A stretch of 64,000 nucleotides of DNA. Source: Lama glama. Taxonomy: Eukaryota. The notes under the pieces are model-generated. The model saw only the letters and a program-made list of their open reading frames with translations, made no database searches and was not told the origin of the DNA. The stretch is from contig CM052816.1 in NCBI GenBank assembly GCA_028534125.1, forward strand, positions 30,196,001-30,260,000, read 5' to 3'. Within the stretch, counting starts at the first letter, position 1. Each line of letters begins with the position of its first letter. Shown here one piece after another: positions 37,521 to 51,600 of this stretch. The position numbers were made by a program, and so were the translations under genes.

Positions 37521-40500
37521 GACAGTAAATTTGGTGGTTAGAGTCCAGCAAATAGGATAACATTTTGATTGACTGGGTTACTGATGTTGAGGAAATGATT
37601 TTATGATTTTTGACTTATTTAGTTACATATTCTGCTGACAAAAAGCCACGTGGGAATATATACAATTTCAAAAGAATAAAACCTTATGTTGATAGATTTT
37701 AGATTGTAATTTTGAGCATAGATTTTTTTCCCCCATAGAAACTAAGCCACTTATATTGTGTTTTAGTTACTAGGAGAGTCTTGAGAATCTTACTTAATTG
37801 AAAAAGTACTTAAAATCACTTGTGATGCCAGTAATAACACCACTAGCTAACTGTCACTTTTGACAGCAGTTTACTGTGAAACAGCCTAATTTTCACTAGA
37901 GTTGTTAGAGACCAAACTCCTTTGTTGAAAGGGTGAGCTGGAAGATTCTCTTTCATCCAGCGTTATTTGATAAGTGAGAAAAGCGCACCTAAGAGAGGTA
38001 CGCTTTACGCAAGGGAACTGGTTAATATTGACAAAAACCTTAGTTTTCCAGCTTCCAGTCTAAGTCTTTTGTTATTGCATTTCAGGGCTGAGACTGCCTG
38101 AACTGAGACCACATCCTGAGTGGGAAAAATCATGGTTTTCCTTAGAACATAAACAGGTCTAAAGTATATCAGAACTCTATAATAATTAACAAATATGTCT
38201 TAGGAAACATTTGTTATCGCTTGTTACTTGCCAGGCTCTGTGAAGGACAGAAAGACATATTAAGACTCTGCTACTCTGTCTAGTGGAGAATCATTGTGTA
38301 GAGATTGCAGAAAGTGAAAGATACTGCCTATAAAACCCTCTACATACTCCACATTAGTGGAAGGAGTTTTTTCTCTCTTTAATAATGTACACAATTATGT
38401 CGTCAGTGTGATTTATTTTTCTTCCTTTTACATCCCTCTGATTGTTGGGACCTGAATTGTAAAACAATGAAGCAGAATGGTTTGTCTCCTTTACTTAGCA
38501 TGGATGACCATTTTCTGGAATCTCTGGCAAAATAATGTAGAAGAGTATACAATATTGTGGGGATAATATTTTAAAACAATCAGGAGTATTTTGTCAATCA
38601 TATTATCTTTTTCCTTTTCATGTTTAATTATTGCAGCCTTTGCAATGTATAAAATTTAAATCCATTTAATTCCAATGGCCATCTGTCCACTCCCTTCTGG
38701 GATTTTCCTTTACTAGAAATAAACAACTAGTGAAAATTCATTTGGAAATGTGAAACATAAAACACTCAGTGATACTCTCCCACGAAATCAAAACTGAATT
38801 TTGAACAGGACCTCTGGGGAAAGGAATTTTAAAAAATGACAAGTTCTTCTATTTCCAGTTCTGAATAGACAGATTGGGATAATCTGTAGGATGATAATTT
38901 GATGTCATACTAACTTTAAAAAAGCATGTATAATGATATTAGTTATCTTTTAAGTTAACCACTTAAAATAGTTTTCAAATTCCACAAAGAACAAATGACA
39001 GTAAAATAAATCCTTACGTATATTCCATGTTAAAACCTTCACTTAAGTAATTTTATTTTAGTCATATTTATTCTCCCCTGATGACAGCTGTGAATTAAAA
39101 TTGACTGGAAAATTTATTGACTGTTTCTACAGACATCAACTAACTTGTCCAGATTATTTAACTGGCTAGTTTTAAATCAGGCATACATGAATTGTTTAAA
39201 TTAACCACCACGTATTGAGAAAGGAAACCATACAATTAGAAGGCAAAACTAGATTCCTCTAAACCCAGCTGTCACTTGGAATTTAACTTTGTTGGGAACA
39301 AAACCCCCTTTGATGTAAGTTTGGAATTAGGATTCCAATGTCTTAATTTACTGTTAAAACCTGCACAAGAGTTGAACAGACATCTTCTCCTTATAGCTAA
39401 TAGATTGTATTCTGTTAGGTCCCCAAACAGGCCACCAGAATCACCTGTTCCTCAAACAAGAGAGCAATTCCCTGGTACGTCTCAGTAATGACCTCACTGC
39501 AGGAGTTCTCCCTGGGTGATACATGTACAATACTTACAGGTAGTTCAAGGCAGGTGTTTCCACACAAGATGGAGTGGACAGACACTGATGGGGACTGTGT
39601 ACATTTTCAGATGTAGGAGTTTAGAACTGGTGGGCACAGCCAGGAGAGTTTTAAAATAAACTTTAAAGATTAAGCAGTTGTTTGATGATCCCAGCTGAGC
39701 AATCTATTGTTCTGCAAAGAGATTATTACCCTGATGGAGCCCAGTTGAATAGCTTAGGTAAATAGATTTTCTGAAGTTCCTGAAGCAAACAAAGTTATTT
39801 GTAATTTCATCTTCCTGGGACAGACAGAAATATTAAAATTTTTATCAATAAATCTGAAGTTCTATTTTCTAATTAGCTGGTTACTATCTAGTAGTTGTCA
39901 TTACTAATAAAGGTTATCTAATAAGATCTATACCAGATGTATCTATTGAGCTATGGTAACCAATGAAAGTCTGGGAATAACCCTAGAATGACAAATAGAA
40001 TTTGTTATGGTTTTATTTATAGATACAGATTTACTGATAATTTTGGTGGAACCATATGATCAATTCTGAACAGGTCAAAGAATTTAAGGTTTTTTCCACC
40101 CCTACTAGAATCTTTTAGTCTCTAGAAAATTTTAAAGGGAGGATTATCCCTGTTCATAGCTTAAAAAACAGTGATTTTCTTTTGCCCAGGCTGAAAACCT
40201 GAAGCTAGCTAGGTGGCAGGATAAGAAGTGAGCGAAATGTAAATCTTTAGTTTGTACTTTCAGCAGTGAGCACAGCACTTCAGCGAGCCCGTGACTTAAT
40301 GGTACGTGCTGCACCACCTGTAGCAACGTAGACGTGTTTGTTTAAAGGCTGATACGTAGCTGTGACCCCTTCTCTTTTCTCCTGCTCTCTGTTCACAGTT
40401 ATGGTGATATATTGCATTCTCCTTGGCATGGCAAAAGCTTTCAAAAACCTAGTTGCATTTTTTTTTTTTTTGGTCAGAGTTTGAATGCCTTTTACAAAGC

Positions 40501-41204
40501 AAAACAAAATTCTGTCCTGACCATTTATATTCCTGCAGCTTGAATTGCACAATTTCTTTCCAGTCTCTTTCTGTGGCTCACTCCTGGCTGCACGTGCTGG
40601 AAGAACACATTTCTCTAGATCTTGTTATTAATATTTTTTCTTACATTATCTCCGGTGTCTAGCCAGAGTATACCAGTGGCTAAACCACAGGAGCTGTTAT
40701 TTATGCACAGAAAATGAGTTGGAATGTTGAGGGAATGTTTTAGATTAAACAGTGCGAGCCACTGTACCTCTCCTTCCCCCAAACATACATTTTTTAGTTT
40801 CATAGCCTAATTCTTGTCTCAGCTTTTCACTCTGCGTATGTGGGTGCAGTCACATTGGAACTTCAAGCTCTAATTTGTGAAAATGATGATTAATGTAGAA
40901 AAAATCACATTTTTTCTATGGAAAAAATGAATAACCCACACCCTCCATTCATTCATGCATACATTCATTCATTTGTTTTTCTAACATTATGAATTAACAG
41001 TGCTGTTATGGCAGAAAAACAGAAGTAAAACTCATTACAAAACTTGATTCATAATGAAAAAAAGTAGAATTTTATTTCATTTCTTGTTCAATAACTTTAT
41101 TCACCCATATATTTTATATAATGGACATATTTCTACTTAATTCTGTTGCACAGTATCATTGTTTCTTGGTATCTTTTTAAAAAAAATAATAAACTATCTA
41201 TGGC

Positions 41205-41480
41205 AGAATGGAGGCAGCTTAGCTAGATTGGGAGGGCATATGGATTCAAAAGACCTGAATTTTAGTCCCAGCTCTGTTACTTATCAGATATACAAGGTTA
41301 AGCAAGTTACATAACTACACTAAGATTTCATTTTCTCATCTGGTGACCAGAACAGTTACATCTACTCAGTTGGGTGGTTGTGAGGTTAGAAATGAGGCAG
41401 CAGTAGCGCTGCTCCTTCCGTCTGTAGACCTGGTCTCTGTTACAAGGTCTGATGTGTAATAGCTGCTCAGTTAATGTTGA
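41205..41480 (+). mobile_element. MIR SINE
   Basis: aagacctgaattttagtcccagctctgttactta...gcaagttacataac...tttctcatctg...gtggttgtgaggttagaaatgag...gctcagttaatgtt. Confidence 0.85.
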
Positions 41481-41574
41481 ACTGACAGAAAATGCGATGC
41501 CTGTGATCCACGGAAGCTTTCCCATGGCTGATGTGCCTCATGTCAGAGCAACAGGACTTCAGAGTTCGTGTCTT

Positions 41575-41710
41575 GTACAGATTCCCACGTTTAACGGATG
41601 GTGACGATGAAGTCCAGGGAAATCAAGCTGCTTGCTCAGAATTCACCTGGTCAGTGGCAGGTCTGGAACCAGAACTTACCTCCTGATGTCCAGGCTGCTG
41701 CCTTTGTATT
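41575..41710 (-). mobile_element. MIR SINE fragment
   Basis: attcccacgtttaacggatgg...gcttgctcagaattcacctggtcagtggcaggtctggaaccagaac...cctgatgtccagg. Confidence 0.65.
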
Positions 41711-41909
41711 TATTACCCATATGGCTGTGTAATCCATGAATGTTGTATTTTGTTTTGGAAGTCATTATGATAGAGCTAAAAAACCCTCAGCAGAGGGTTT
41801 TGGTAAATTCAAAATGGGCCAACACCCATTCTGTAGTAACATATGTCCACATTAGTCAAAGGATCCTAGATAAAGGAGACTCCACTTGCACATGGCTGTG
41901 TTTAGATAT

Positions 41910-42335
41910 TCACGCAACATGCATTTACTGAGTACCTGCCATCTGTGTGTAAGGAACATCATGGTGGTCCCAGGGAATACCCAGAGGGAGGCACAAGCCC
42001 TCTAGTGGACAGAAACACAAACAGGAGCCTTCACCACGTCCTCGCAAGGGCTCAAAAGAGCAGAGGGGGTGTTAGGGAGCAGAATTAAGACTGCGAAAGA
42101 GAAATAGGAATCTTCCAAGTGGATTGAACTAAGGGCAGAATTTCATCTAGAAAAACTAAGTCACAGGGACTGATAGAAGAATAAAATATTGAACAAACTG
42201 AGTAGTTTTGGTTGGATGGAACTTGACCTTCAAATGGACTGGCAGTAGGTTGCACAGCTGACCAAGCTGACAAAGTCAGGTCCTGGGAGCTCCTAATGTT
42301 CCATGCCAAGGAGGTCGGCCTCTACTCTCTGGCTT
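41910..42335 (-). mobile_element. LINE-2 fragment
   Basis: caacatgcatttactgagtacctgccatctgtg...tgttccatgccaaggaggtcggcctctactct. Confidence 0.6.
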
Positions 42336-43469
42336 TATACTTCAGCATATGATTTCAATAGTTAAGTTGTAGAAAGTAACCATCAAGTAACTATTTTCTA
42401 CAGAAATTCAGAAAAGATAAATGATAGTTGTTAATATATGCACCAACTGTTTCTTAGAAATTTGCTTGATGATTTGAACAAAATCTCTAGGATTCACAGG
42501 ACTGATTGGGAAGAATTATTGGTCTGATTACAGCAGAAAAGCTACTGAGAAATTAACCTTTGACCTATGGGACCACCATTAGTGCCCACAAGGAAAGCCT
42601 GGCAATGAGCATTTCAGTATGATTAATGTGAGCATTATTCAATGGAATAAAACTGTGCAAGAATCCTTGTTTCTCTAAGAGTAAGACATAAAGGTGGAAA
42701 CATGCATGGATTCTCTAAGGGACGGGGAAAAAGGATAGTCCTTGTACCTTTTACTCCCTCAGTGTATCAGTAGTGACCCAGCAATAATAAACAGATGTAA
42801 CACAGGGATGGGGTAAAATGGCACAGATAATTGCCACACTCCCTTAAACCTGCAGTGCAGCGGAGGTGGGGGTGTTCCTTTCTGTTTGCTCCTCTGCAGA
42901 GATTATAAAAATCAGTTTCCTCTCATTATTTATATTAATATTCTCATCTGGTATGTAGCTAAAAGTGGCACCCAGGAGTTTGCTGCCTAAGGAAAGAAGG
43001 GAAGACATTTGAAAATTAATAGCATACTTGTCTAATAGAGGTAACTGAAGAAAAAAGTTCTTTACGTAAAATGGGCACTTTAAGGGAAGAAAAACATTAA
43101 GCAGTAATAAAAACAGAAATGCATCTGTTCTTTATTTTTCCTTTGGAGTGTGTTCTCTCCACCAGTTTCAACAAAGAAGAGAAAATTTTCGAGTGTGTTT
43201 ATTCCCCCTGAGCAGGACTTTGACTTGGAATATGTAGAAACACTAACAATAAGAAAAAAATTTACCAGGGCTTCCAAACTAGTTAGAAACCTGAGATGAC
43301 TGCCTAAGCAGTCTGCAGTTTGAGGTCTGGTTTTAATTAGTGGTGAGAAGATAAACACAAATACGCCTTGTGGAGTTCACCTGTACCATTATTTATTTAC
43401 TTATTTACTATTGCTCTTTATAGAAGAATTTATTATACAAATTTATTATTTACTACTAAATGTATTATA

Positions 43470-44900
43470 TTAATACTATATTAGCTTCAGGTGTGCAACA
43501 TAATGATTGGATATTTTTATAGATTATACCCCACTCAAAGGTATTATGATATATTGGCTATAGACCCTGGGCTGTATAATGTATCCTTGTGGCTTATTTT
43601 ATACATAATAGTTTGTACCTCTTAATCCCCTACCTCTGTCTTTCTCCTCCCCTCTTCCCTCTCCCCACTGGTAACCACAAGTTTATTCTCTGTGAGTCTG
43701 CTTCTGGTTTGTTAAATTCATTAGTTTTATTTCTCAGATTCCACATGTAAGTGGTAGCATACAGTATTTATCTTTCTCTGACTGACTTGTTTTACTAAGC
43801 ATAATACATTCCAGGTCTGTCTGTCTTGTAGCAAATGGCAAAATTTCAGTCTACTGTGGATCAGTAATATTCCATTGTCTATAAATACCATGTCTTCTCT
43901 GTCCATTTATCTCTTGATGGGCTCTTGGGTTGCTTCTATATCTTAGCTATTGTAAATAATGCTGCTAGAACATTGGGGTACCTGCATCTTTTTGAATTAG
44001 TGTCTTCATTTTCTTCAGATATATTCCCAGGAGTGGAATTACTGGATCATACGGAGCCTTCATACTATTTTCCATAGTGATTGTACCATTTTACAATTCC
44101 ACCAACAGCTTACAAAGGGACCCTTTTCTCCATTCTCATCGACATTTCTTGTTTGTGATCTTTTTGATGATAGCCATTCTGACAGATGTGAGGTGATAGC
44201 TCATTGTGGTTTTGAATTGCATTTCTCTGATGAATGGTGATGTTGAGCATCTTTTCATGTGCCTGTTGGCCATCTGTGTGTCTTCTTAGGAAAAATGCCT
44301 ATTCAGGTGTTCTGCTCATTTTTTAATCAAGTTGTTTGTTTTTTGACATTGAGTTGTATAGGCTATTTATAAATTTTGGATATTAACCCCTTATTGGTTA
44401 TATAATTTGCAAGTATTTTTCTCCCATTCAGTAGGTTGTCTTTATTGTGTCAGTGGTTTCCTTTGCTGTGCAAAAGCTTTCAAGTTTAATTAGGTTCCAC
44501 TTGTTTATTTTTGCTTCTCTTTCCTTTGCCTTAGGAGACAGATCCAAAAAAATATTGCTACATTTTTTGTCAAAGAGTGTTCTACCTATGTTTTCCTCTA
44601 GGAGTTTTAGGTTTCCTGTCTTATATGTTTAATCCATTTCGAGTTTATTTTTGTGTATGATGTGAGAAAATATTCTAATTTCATTCTTTTCCATGGAGCT
44701 GTCCAGTTTTCCAAGCACCCTTATTGAAGAGACTGTCCTTTCTCTAGTGTATATTCTTACCTTCTCTGCTGTAGATTAATTGACCATAAGTGTGTAGGCT
44801 TATTTCTGGATTCTCTATTCTGGTCCGTTGATCTTTGTGTCTGTTTTGGTGCCAGTACCATACTGTTTTGATTAGTGTAGCTTTGCTGTGTAGTCTGAAG
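43470..44900 (-). mobile_element. Intermediate-age L1 (laurasiatherian/artiodactyl type), 3' UTR and ORF2 3' part, antisense
   Basis: tattagcttcaggtgtgcaacataatgatt...ccccactggtaaccacaagttt...cccaggagtggaattactggatcata...tttccttttgctgtgcaaaagcttt...tattgaagagactgtcc. It has many substitutions and a small internal deletion near 44055. Confidence 0.92.
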
Positions 44901-47559
44901 CATGCTATCTCCAGCTGTTTCAAATATGGATTAAATCTGACTGTTACTGATGTGAAAATAGGATGTGATCTAGATTTTTTTCAGTACGTATTTCAAATCT
45001 GTATTATGTTGAATAGACAAGGTCTCCATTTATCAGGCTTATCTGGGCACAATAAACACTGAGAAATAACACTGAGCCTGTGGTCTTGTTTTCTGCATCC
45101 CTGTTCCATCTCTGGATCCATTTTTATCAAGCCTTTGACTCCCGTGGGTCAGATTCTAGCACTGGCAGTTGAGGTAGAACGTGTAATCAGCATGGGTGCA
45201 TTTCTGGATGTTTTGAGACTGGGGTTGCAGGAAGCCAGAGACCATTCAGTCTTCTTTCAATGAAATGGAGGGGGAGCAGCCTTATTCTCACTGTAAGTGC
45301 TCCTCCCTCAGTAGAAACCAGAGCTACACTTCTCCCTCTGTCACTGAAAGCTTTCTCTCTCTGATTCCAGGCACACCCTGGGAAAATCACCCTCAGAGAG
45401 TTGTTGTAAGGATGATATGAAATAATATTGTGAAAGTGGTTTTAGAAATCACACATTGGGTTGATCCAACATTATTGCCAAGGGTAAAAATGCCGTAACA
45501 GTAGCTCCCAAATTTACTGAGAGTGCCTCCCAAGGATTGTGAGTGGGAAGGGTTTGACAGTTGAAACATAAATAAAAGCAGAAAAAAATTTTTTTTAATT
45601 ACTTCAAGACAAGAAGTGAATCAGTGTCTAGGCACTAAAGGGCTCAGATTCAGATCTTGAATTTTACTTTTAGGATAGATGAAGTGGGTGATCTTTCAGA
45701 GAAAGAGTTGGTCCATCAGACTCTGCTTTCTGGAAATGGTCTGGATTTGGGCAGGTGTTCCCTCTTCAGCTGACACCCATCTTTACTTCATGGGTTTTAG
45801 GGTTCTAGTCAGGCTTTTGCACAGCAGTTGCAGAGGCCTGGCGAAGTGATTTGTTCTCCTTTGAACAAGAAACACTTACGGTTTTCTAACTGTCCCCCTT
45901 CATGTGTTTCTTTACTGTGTATAGAGGAGTGACCAGATGTTAACAAGATTTAGATTAAGTCTTTGCAAAACACCTTTGCCCATTTTGTAATGCCTATTGG
46001 AGCTAGACTACCCACAGCTAGACTACTGTCTGAAGCATGGTGCTGTGCAGTCTTTGATGTATGCTCTTTAAACATGCAGGTTTATGTGAAAGCTTCTTCA
46101 GGTTTATGTGTGTTTGGGAAGCAGGGTGGGAAGGGGAGGGAGTAGGAAGGCAAAAGTTTCCAATAAATTAAAAAATGACTGGCATGTCAGTTGTGATTTT
46201 GATTCCTGCCAGTTTGGCTAATGTCTCAACTTTGACAAACACTCAGTGGAAACTTTTTTTTTTTAATCAGTCATGAGAAATGGAAGAAGAGGAAATGGTT
46301 ATCTACAAAGTGTAAAGCGCATTTTCCTTGGTGCTGAATTTTAGCCTGGAATGAATTTTTATGACCACATTATAAACCTCTGAAAACAGAGTTTAGTGAA
46401 AGTGCTGAAACGGCCTTAAATGTATTTTACTGGCAAATGTGCTCCTGGAATGATTTTTGTGAAGGTAAAGATATTAATTTTATGCAATCCATATGTATGT
46501 GTGTTTTAAGACGTTGGAGGGGTTACTTATTTTCAGCATAACTAGCACATAATCAAAGATGGAACAGAATGATTTGAAGAGTTTTTCAGGAAGAAATTAC
46601 ACATGCTGCATGTCAAAGGCTCTGCATAATTCATTTCATTCTAATACTGTGGTACAGCTAGCTCCTTACAATCTAAGTGCCTGGGAAGATAGATCAGTCT
46701 GGTGTGATTCCAGAAATTTCTCCTCAGAGACCAATACCCATTTCATTTCTGATGAGAGTGTTCAATCAAAAGTGTGGAAAAATGTCTTTTTTTCCCCAAT
46801 CAGGATATGTGTGGTTCTAAATCCAACAATTGATTTGGGAATTTAGAAACAACAGAAATGGATTTTTCCACTAAACAGTATCATCTCTAGTGAGTGATAT
46901 TTGAAAGAATGATAAAAAGTTATGATCTGTATGTGCAGTCTTTTAACACGAGACTCTTGGTTTGCAGATATATTCTTATAATAAAGTGTAATTAAAGTTC
47001 GAAGAAAAGCAGTATCTCCCAGAATAGACATCTGATTTTCCTTCATTTTAAAGCCGTTGAGACTGATTGGCCTGTGCTGCTATGGGTGAAAGCCGTTGAG
47101 CTTTTTGTAAACTCTCTTCAGCTGCCACCAAAGCAAGGAATACCGAGTGAGGAAAAGTTTAGGCTGGGAGAAAATCATAAACAATTTTCATAGGCACTTT
47201 GAAAGCAGATTTTAACTTGAGATATTTCTGAGCTTGGATGCCGGAGGTAAAAAAGATGGAAAGAAGGAAGTAGGAAAAAAAAAAAGTACAGGAAATCCAC
47301 TGTTTAGATAAATTATGGGAAACATGTTTAATAGAAGCTGATGGGAAAAAGAAAAGTTAAGTCTTTTTAATAGATGCCCCCTATAAAGTAGGGTCCTAGG
47401 TGACTCTTCCCTCATCCTACCACATCCTGGCTTCTGTTTGTTCCAGACACTGCACTTTTGGAGGGAGGATGACATAGTGGGGAGTGTCGAAGGAGAGTGA
47501 CTCAGATGATTAGGCATTTGAAGATAGCTGCTGAGGACGTTTGGAAAAGACTTTACTCA

Positions 47560-47800
47560 AGGTCCTGAAGTAAAGACTTAGGAATGGGATGTGATACCTT
47601 CTTAAGGTGTTATTGAAAGTAGAATTTCTTCTAGATGGCTCTGAGTAGGAAATATGAGGACCAGTGGTTCTAATTAAGCTATGTGGATTTATTCTCAAAA
47701 CTGTTTGAGAGTTAAAGCTCTCTGAAGCTGGACTATCTCACCATAAAATAGTGAGTTTCCTGTCCCTGGAGGCTTTAAAGAGATGCTGAGGGACTGAGTA
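47560..47800 (+). mobile_element. CR1/L3 fragment
   Basis: atagtgagtttcctgtccctggaggctttaaagagatgctg resembles the conserved CR1/L3 3' segment. Confidence 0.55.
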
Positions 47801-48515
47801 AGGATCAGTCATGTGGTTTGCTGAACTGTATACTACCTTAGAGTCTTTCTGTGACAACCTGCATGTCTTTGAGGTGGCTTGTTTGCAGTGTCATTCTGTA
47901 CTGGGGAGGGAATATGGGTGGAATATGCCAGCATTAACACATCCTGAATCATTGACCTTCCTGTGCTTAGTGCTTGAGTGTTGCATGGAGGTGAAATGGT
48001 TGCGTGGAGTTTTCTGGAATATAAGAAAGTAGATTTGCTCTCTGTAGAAAATCACTGAAGGAAACCTAAAGTATCTTTGCATCTCCCTTTGTACTCTCAG
48101 GCAAAAGAGAACATTAAAGTGAGAAAATACTGGGAAGAAGAGAAATGTTGTGACTTACAGAAAGGGATCTTTGAGTACTGGGAATATCTGTGTCACTAGC
48201 TCGAATATTTTAGTTACTGCTTGATGTTCTAGACATCAAGTCTCCCTGCTGCAAAGCTGAAGCTCGGTAGCTTTTCTACTCAGCTTTGACCCAGTGTGCT
48301 CCCTGGTGTGTGGCAATGGATTTCCAGCGACCATTTGCCTCCTTGATGAACAGGGTTGGTAAGAGCATTTGTTGTGATAAAGGCAATAAGGTATTCACCC
48401 TGGCTTATTGTAGCCACTTAAACATTTCTGTTTCTATCATTATAAAAGTTATTATTAGTAAGCTACATAAGCTATAAGCAAGTATCTTCCTTTTTACAGT
48501 GGATATCAACATTGA

Positions 48516-48670
48516 CAGTGGCTTCTAGGAACTTGGGTGCTTTGGAAACATTTTGGTGCTTGGGTCTTACTTTATATCCGTTAAACTAGCATCTTTGGGG
48601 ATGGTGCACAGGCATTAGTATGAATTTCTCTAGGGGATTCTAATGTATAGTGTCAAGATTGAATGTACTG
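48516..48670. mobile_element. MER5-type hAT-Charlie MITE
   Basis: cagtggcttct...ttaaactagcatctttggggatggtgcacaggcattagtat...ctaggggattctaatgtatag...aagattgaatgtactg. Confidence 0.65.
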
Positions 48671-51600
48671 TTGTTGGATATACCATAAACAAAGCTGAAT
48701 ACCTAAATATAGAAAAAAATAATTGTTTGATTTAATGTGGAATTATTTAGAAACAGCTTGTCAGCAATTTAGGTCAGTGCAAGAAATGAACATGAAGGAA
48801 GTGTGAGCAGGATGAATTTCCAGTTTGCATTCTTCCTTGTATATTTACATGTAGAAATGAATCCTGCTGGTGGCTTTCATGAACTGAATGTAATACAATA
48901 AACCAGAATGTTCTGCTAAATGAGATTAATACTATTGGAATTAGTAATATATTGGCCTACTTTGTGAGTTTGGCCAAGAAAAGATACTTCATATGGAGGT
49001 ATAATTCTCCTAAAAGATGTTCAAAAACAGATCTCAAAATATCACCCTGGAACCATTTCTTAGTGTGTAACAAGACAGGATCTGACGGGGACAACTTCTC
49101 TCAGTTCATCAAGTCTGTCATATAGCTTGGCCCCCAAGCAATCCAAGGGAATTATAATATGGGAGTCTGTTGGCTCATTCAGAAGCAACAATTTTATGTG
49201 GATTGATATGCTGCTAATACTGACAGCGGGCAATTGGTCTGTTTGGTATATAACTGAAAGTTAATGTAAATGTAATACTTATCAACCAGGCTGTCAGTAG
49301 TGAAGCAGCCACTCTTGGAAATACAGGGTGGAAATGCATGTAACAGTAATAGTATAGTTCATTGCTATATGATGTATGTCCATATATCAGGACTGTGATC
49401 CTCTTTCAAGGGAAAAAATGGAAGTTATCTTCCTCCTTCATTGTACACCACTGCTCTCCACTACCCTAAATAATAGTTTGTGCTACTAGATGTGGGTAAT
49501 GAGGAGTCGAGATTTTGTGGTTTGAAGCAGACTCCCTGTGGAATTCCTTTGAACTACAGAAACCCTGCTACTTGCTCTTTCTTGTTTTTACCAGTTTAGC
49601 ACAAACGTTGCCTTTCAATGCAACTGCATGTTCAAAGCCAAACATGAAATTGTGTTAGTTTAAAGGACTCATTAATTTCCTTTGTACTCCAAATCCTCTG
49701 CGTTAACAATTGCAATATGCTGATTCTATATTCAGACTTATTCCATTTTGGTTGCTGTTAACTTCAAAGGAAACCTGAAAAAAGAGCGTAAGAGAATTAA
49801 ATTCTTGTGTTGAAAAATTAATACATTACTGACAAGTGACCCACTTTTTAGTTTCTCTAATATATGAAATTTTAAAGTTTTCCTATTTGTGAGACAGAAC
49901 TATGGTTCAACTTGTTCAAGAGTATCGCTCCCTTACAGATTAAACCTTGTCCTCATCAAGCCAGGGTGGTTCTGTGAATGCTTGTAATGTGGTACTTGGA
50001 ATATCAGCTTCAGAACTCTGATTGTCATCTTGGTGTGTGTGTATGCGCACATGTGTGTCTAATTAAGTAAAAAGATATTTGATATCTGAAATTATTAACA
50101 AGAAGCTAAGATTAGTTAATTCAAGAAAAAGGATTTTAATTTATATTGCTGCTCTTAAAAACTGTCTGTTACTTTAAATAATTTGTTAGCATTCACCTTA
50201 CTGGGAATTGTCAGTATGTAGTAATGTTGAGTCTGAACGTCTGTGATTCCAATGTTAATAATATAAATGTAAGTATCAATATATGTGTGATTCATGATCT
50301 CTTACTGAGAGAAATAACCAGATTATCAATTTAGAAAAACAAATATATATAGTTGGCCCCAAATTAGGACAACCTTAATGAATACATTCTAATAATTTTC
50401 CCTTTCTGTGATGCTGATAAACTAAGTTTGGTATTTTGTGGTGACAAATGCTAAGCAAGATAAAAGGGAAATGCTGTTGCTAGTGGATATCAATAATTCA
50501 TCCATTTGATACTAAACAGAAAAATTTAAATTCCAAGATAGAACAGTTTTTGAAGAGTATCTGTAGCTACCATAAAACAGATGTCAATTTCTTAGGATGC
50601 CTTTCCTCTGCTTGAATATAAAATAAAACCTTTGCCATAAAATGATCTTTAAACGTCTGTTTTCTCATTTCTTAATTTAATTTACCATTTTAGTTCTACA
50701 GTTTTGTAAACAAACAAACAAAAAACACATGTAGTCAAAAACTCAAATTATCTTAACCGTTTTTCTCTGTTATTTCTCATGTAGCCCCCCAAAGAATTGA
50801 AGCTCATAATTATGTGTTCAGAATCCTTCCACTGGAAAATGAGTACATCCTTCCTCACTCCAGGTTACTGGAGGGTTATTTTTCCTGGGGGTGCTGAGAA
50901 TGCTATCAAACCTGAAAGGTTTTTCTCCTTTCAAACAGCAGAGACTTTGTGCTAATGGTTCAGAGGGCTGGAGAAGCCCTTGTGTGCCACATCCTCTCCT
51001 GGGATTCAGGGACAGTGCTCTTGGGAGCTCTGCCTGCAGTCGTACTGTGGCATGTCTTAGCGTTCAGTCAGCCAGTAGAATCAGGTGAAATTTTCATGTT
51101 AGATCTTACTAGTATTTGCAACTTCATCTCTTGCCCAGTTAGACTCCCTCAGTAAATATCCCCTGGGAAGTTAGGACTAGATGGCTATTTCTGTTCTATT
51201 ATATTATTTTATCATGACTGTTTTCCCCTGTAAACTTAGAAATACCTGTTTCCCACCCCAAATGGTGCAACACAATATAATTAAAAGAATTCACAAGGTG
51301 CTTAATATAGCAGACATTCAAAGATGGGGAAGAGGCACAAACTCTTATCCTACGGAGACTGGGTTGGTGGGGGGTCAAGTGGATGCCTCATGCTGCATTA
51401 CTAGCAAAATGATGAGTTTCATCTGAAAATAACAGTCCTGAGTCTCCAGACTTGCTGATTTTTCAAGAGAAGCACATGCTCTGGAATTTTGTATAAGACG
51501 CCTCAACATTTAAATTTTAGCTTAATTTTAAAAATTCAGGTAAAAAATGATCTGTCAGCAGGATTTGGCTTAGAACATGTAAACTCTTCCTCTAGAAACC

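Noticed and set aside
47050..47100. Repeat-spacer-repeat as a CRISPR-like array
   Set aside because: Only two 12-bp repeats, mammalian context and no cas genes. It is kept only as a possible TSD-flanked insertion.
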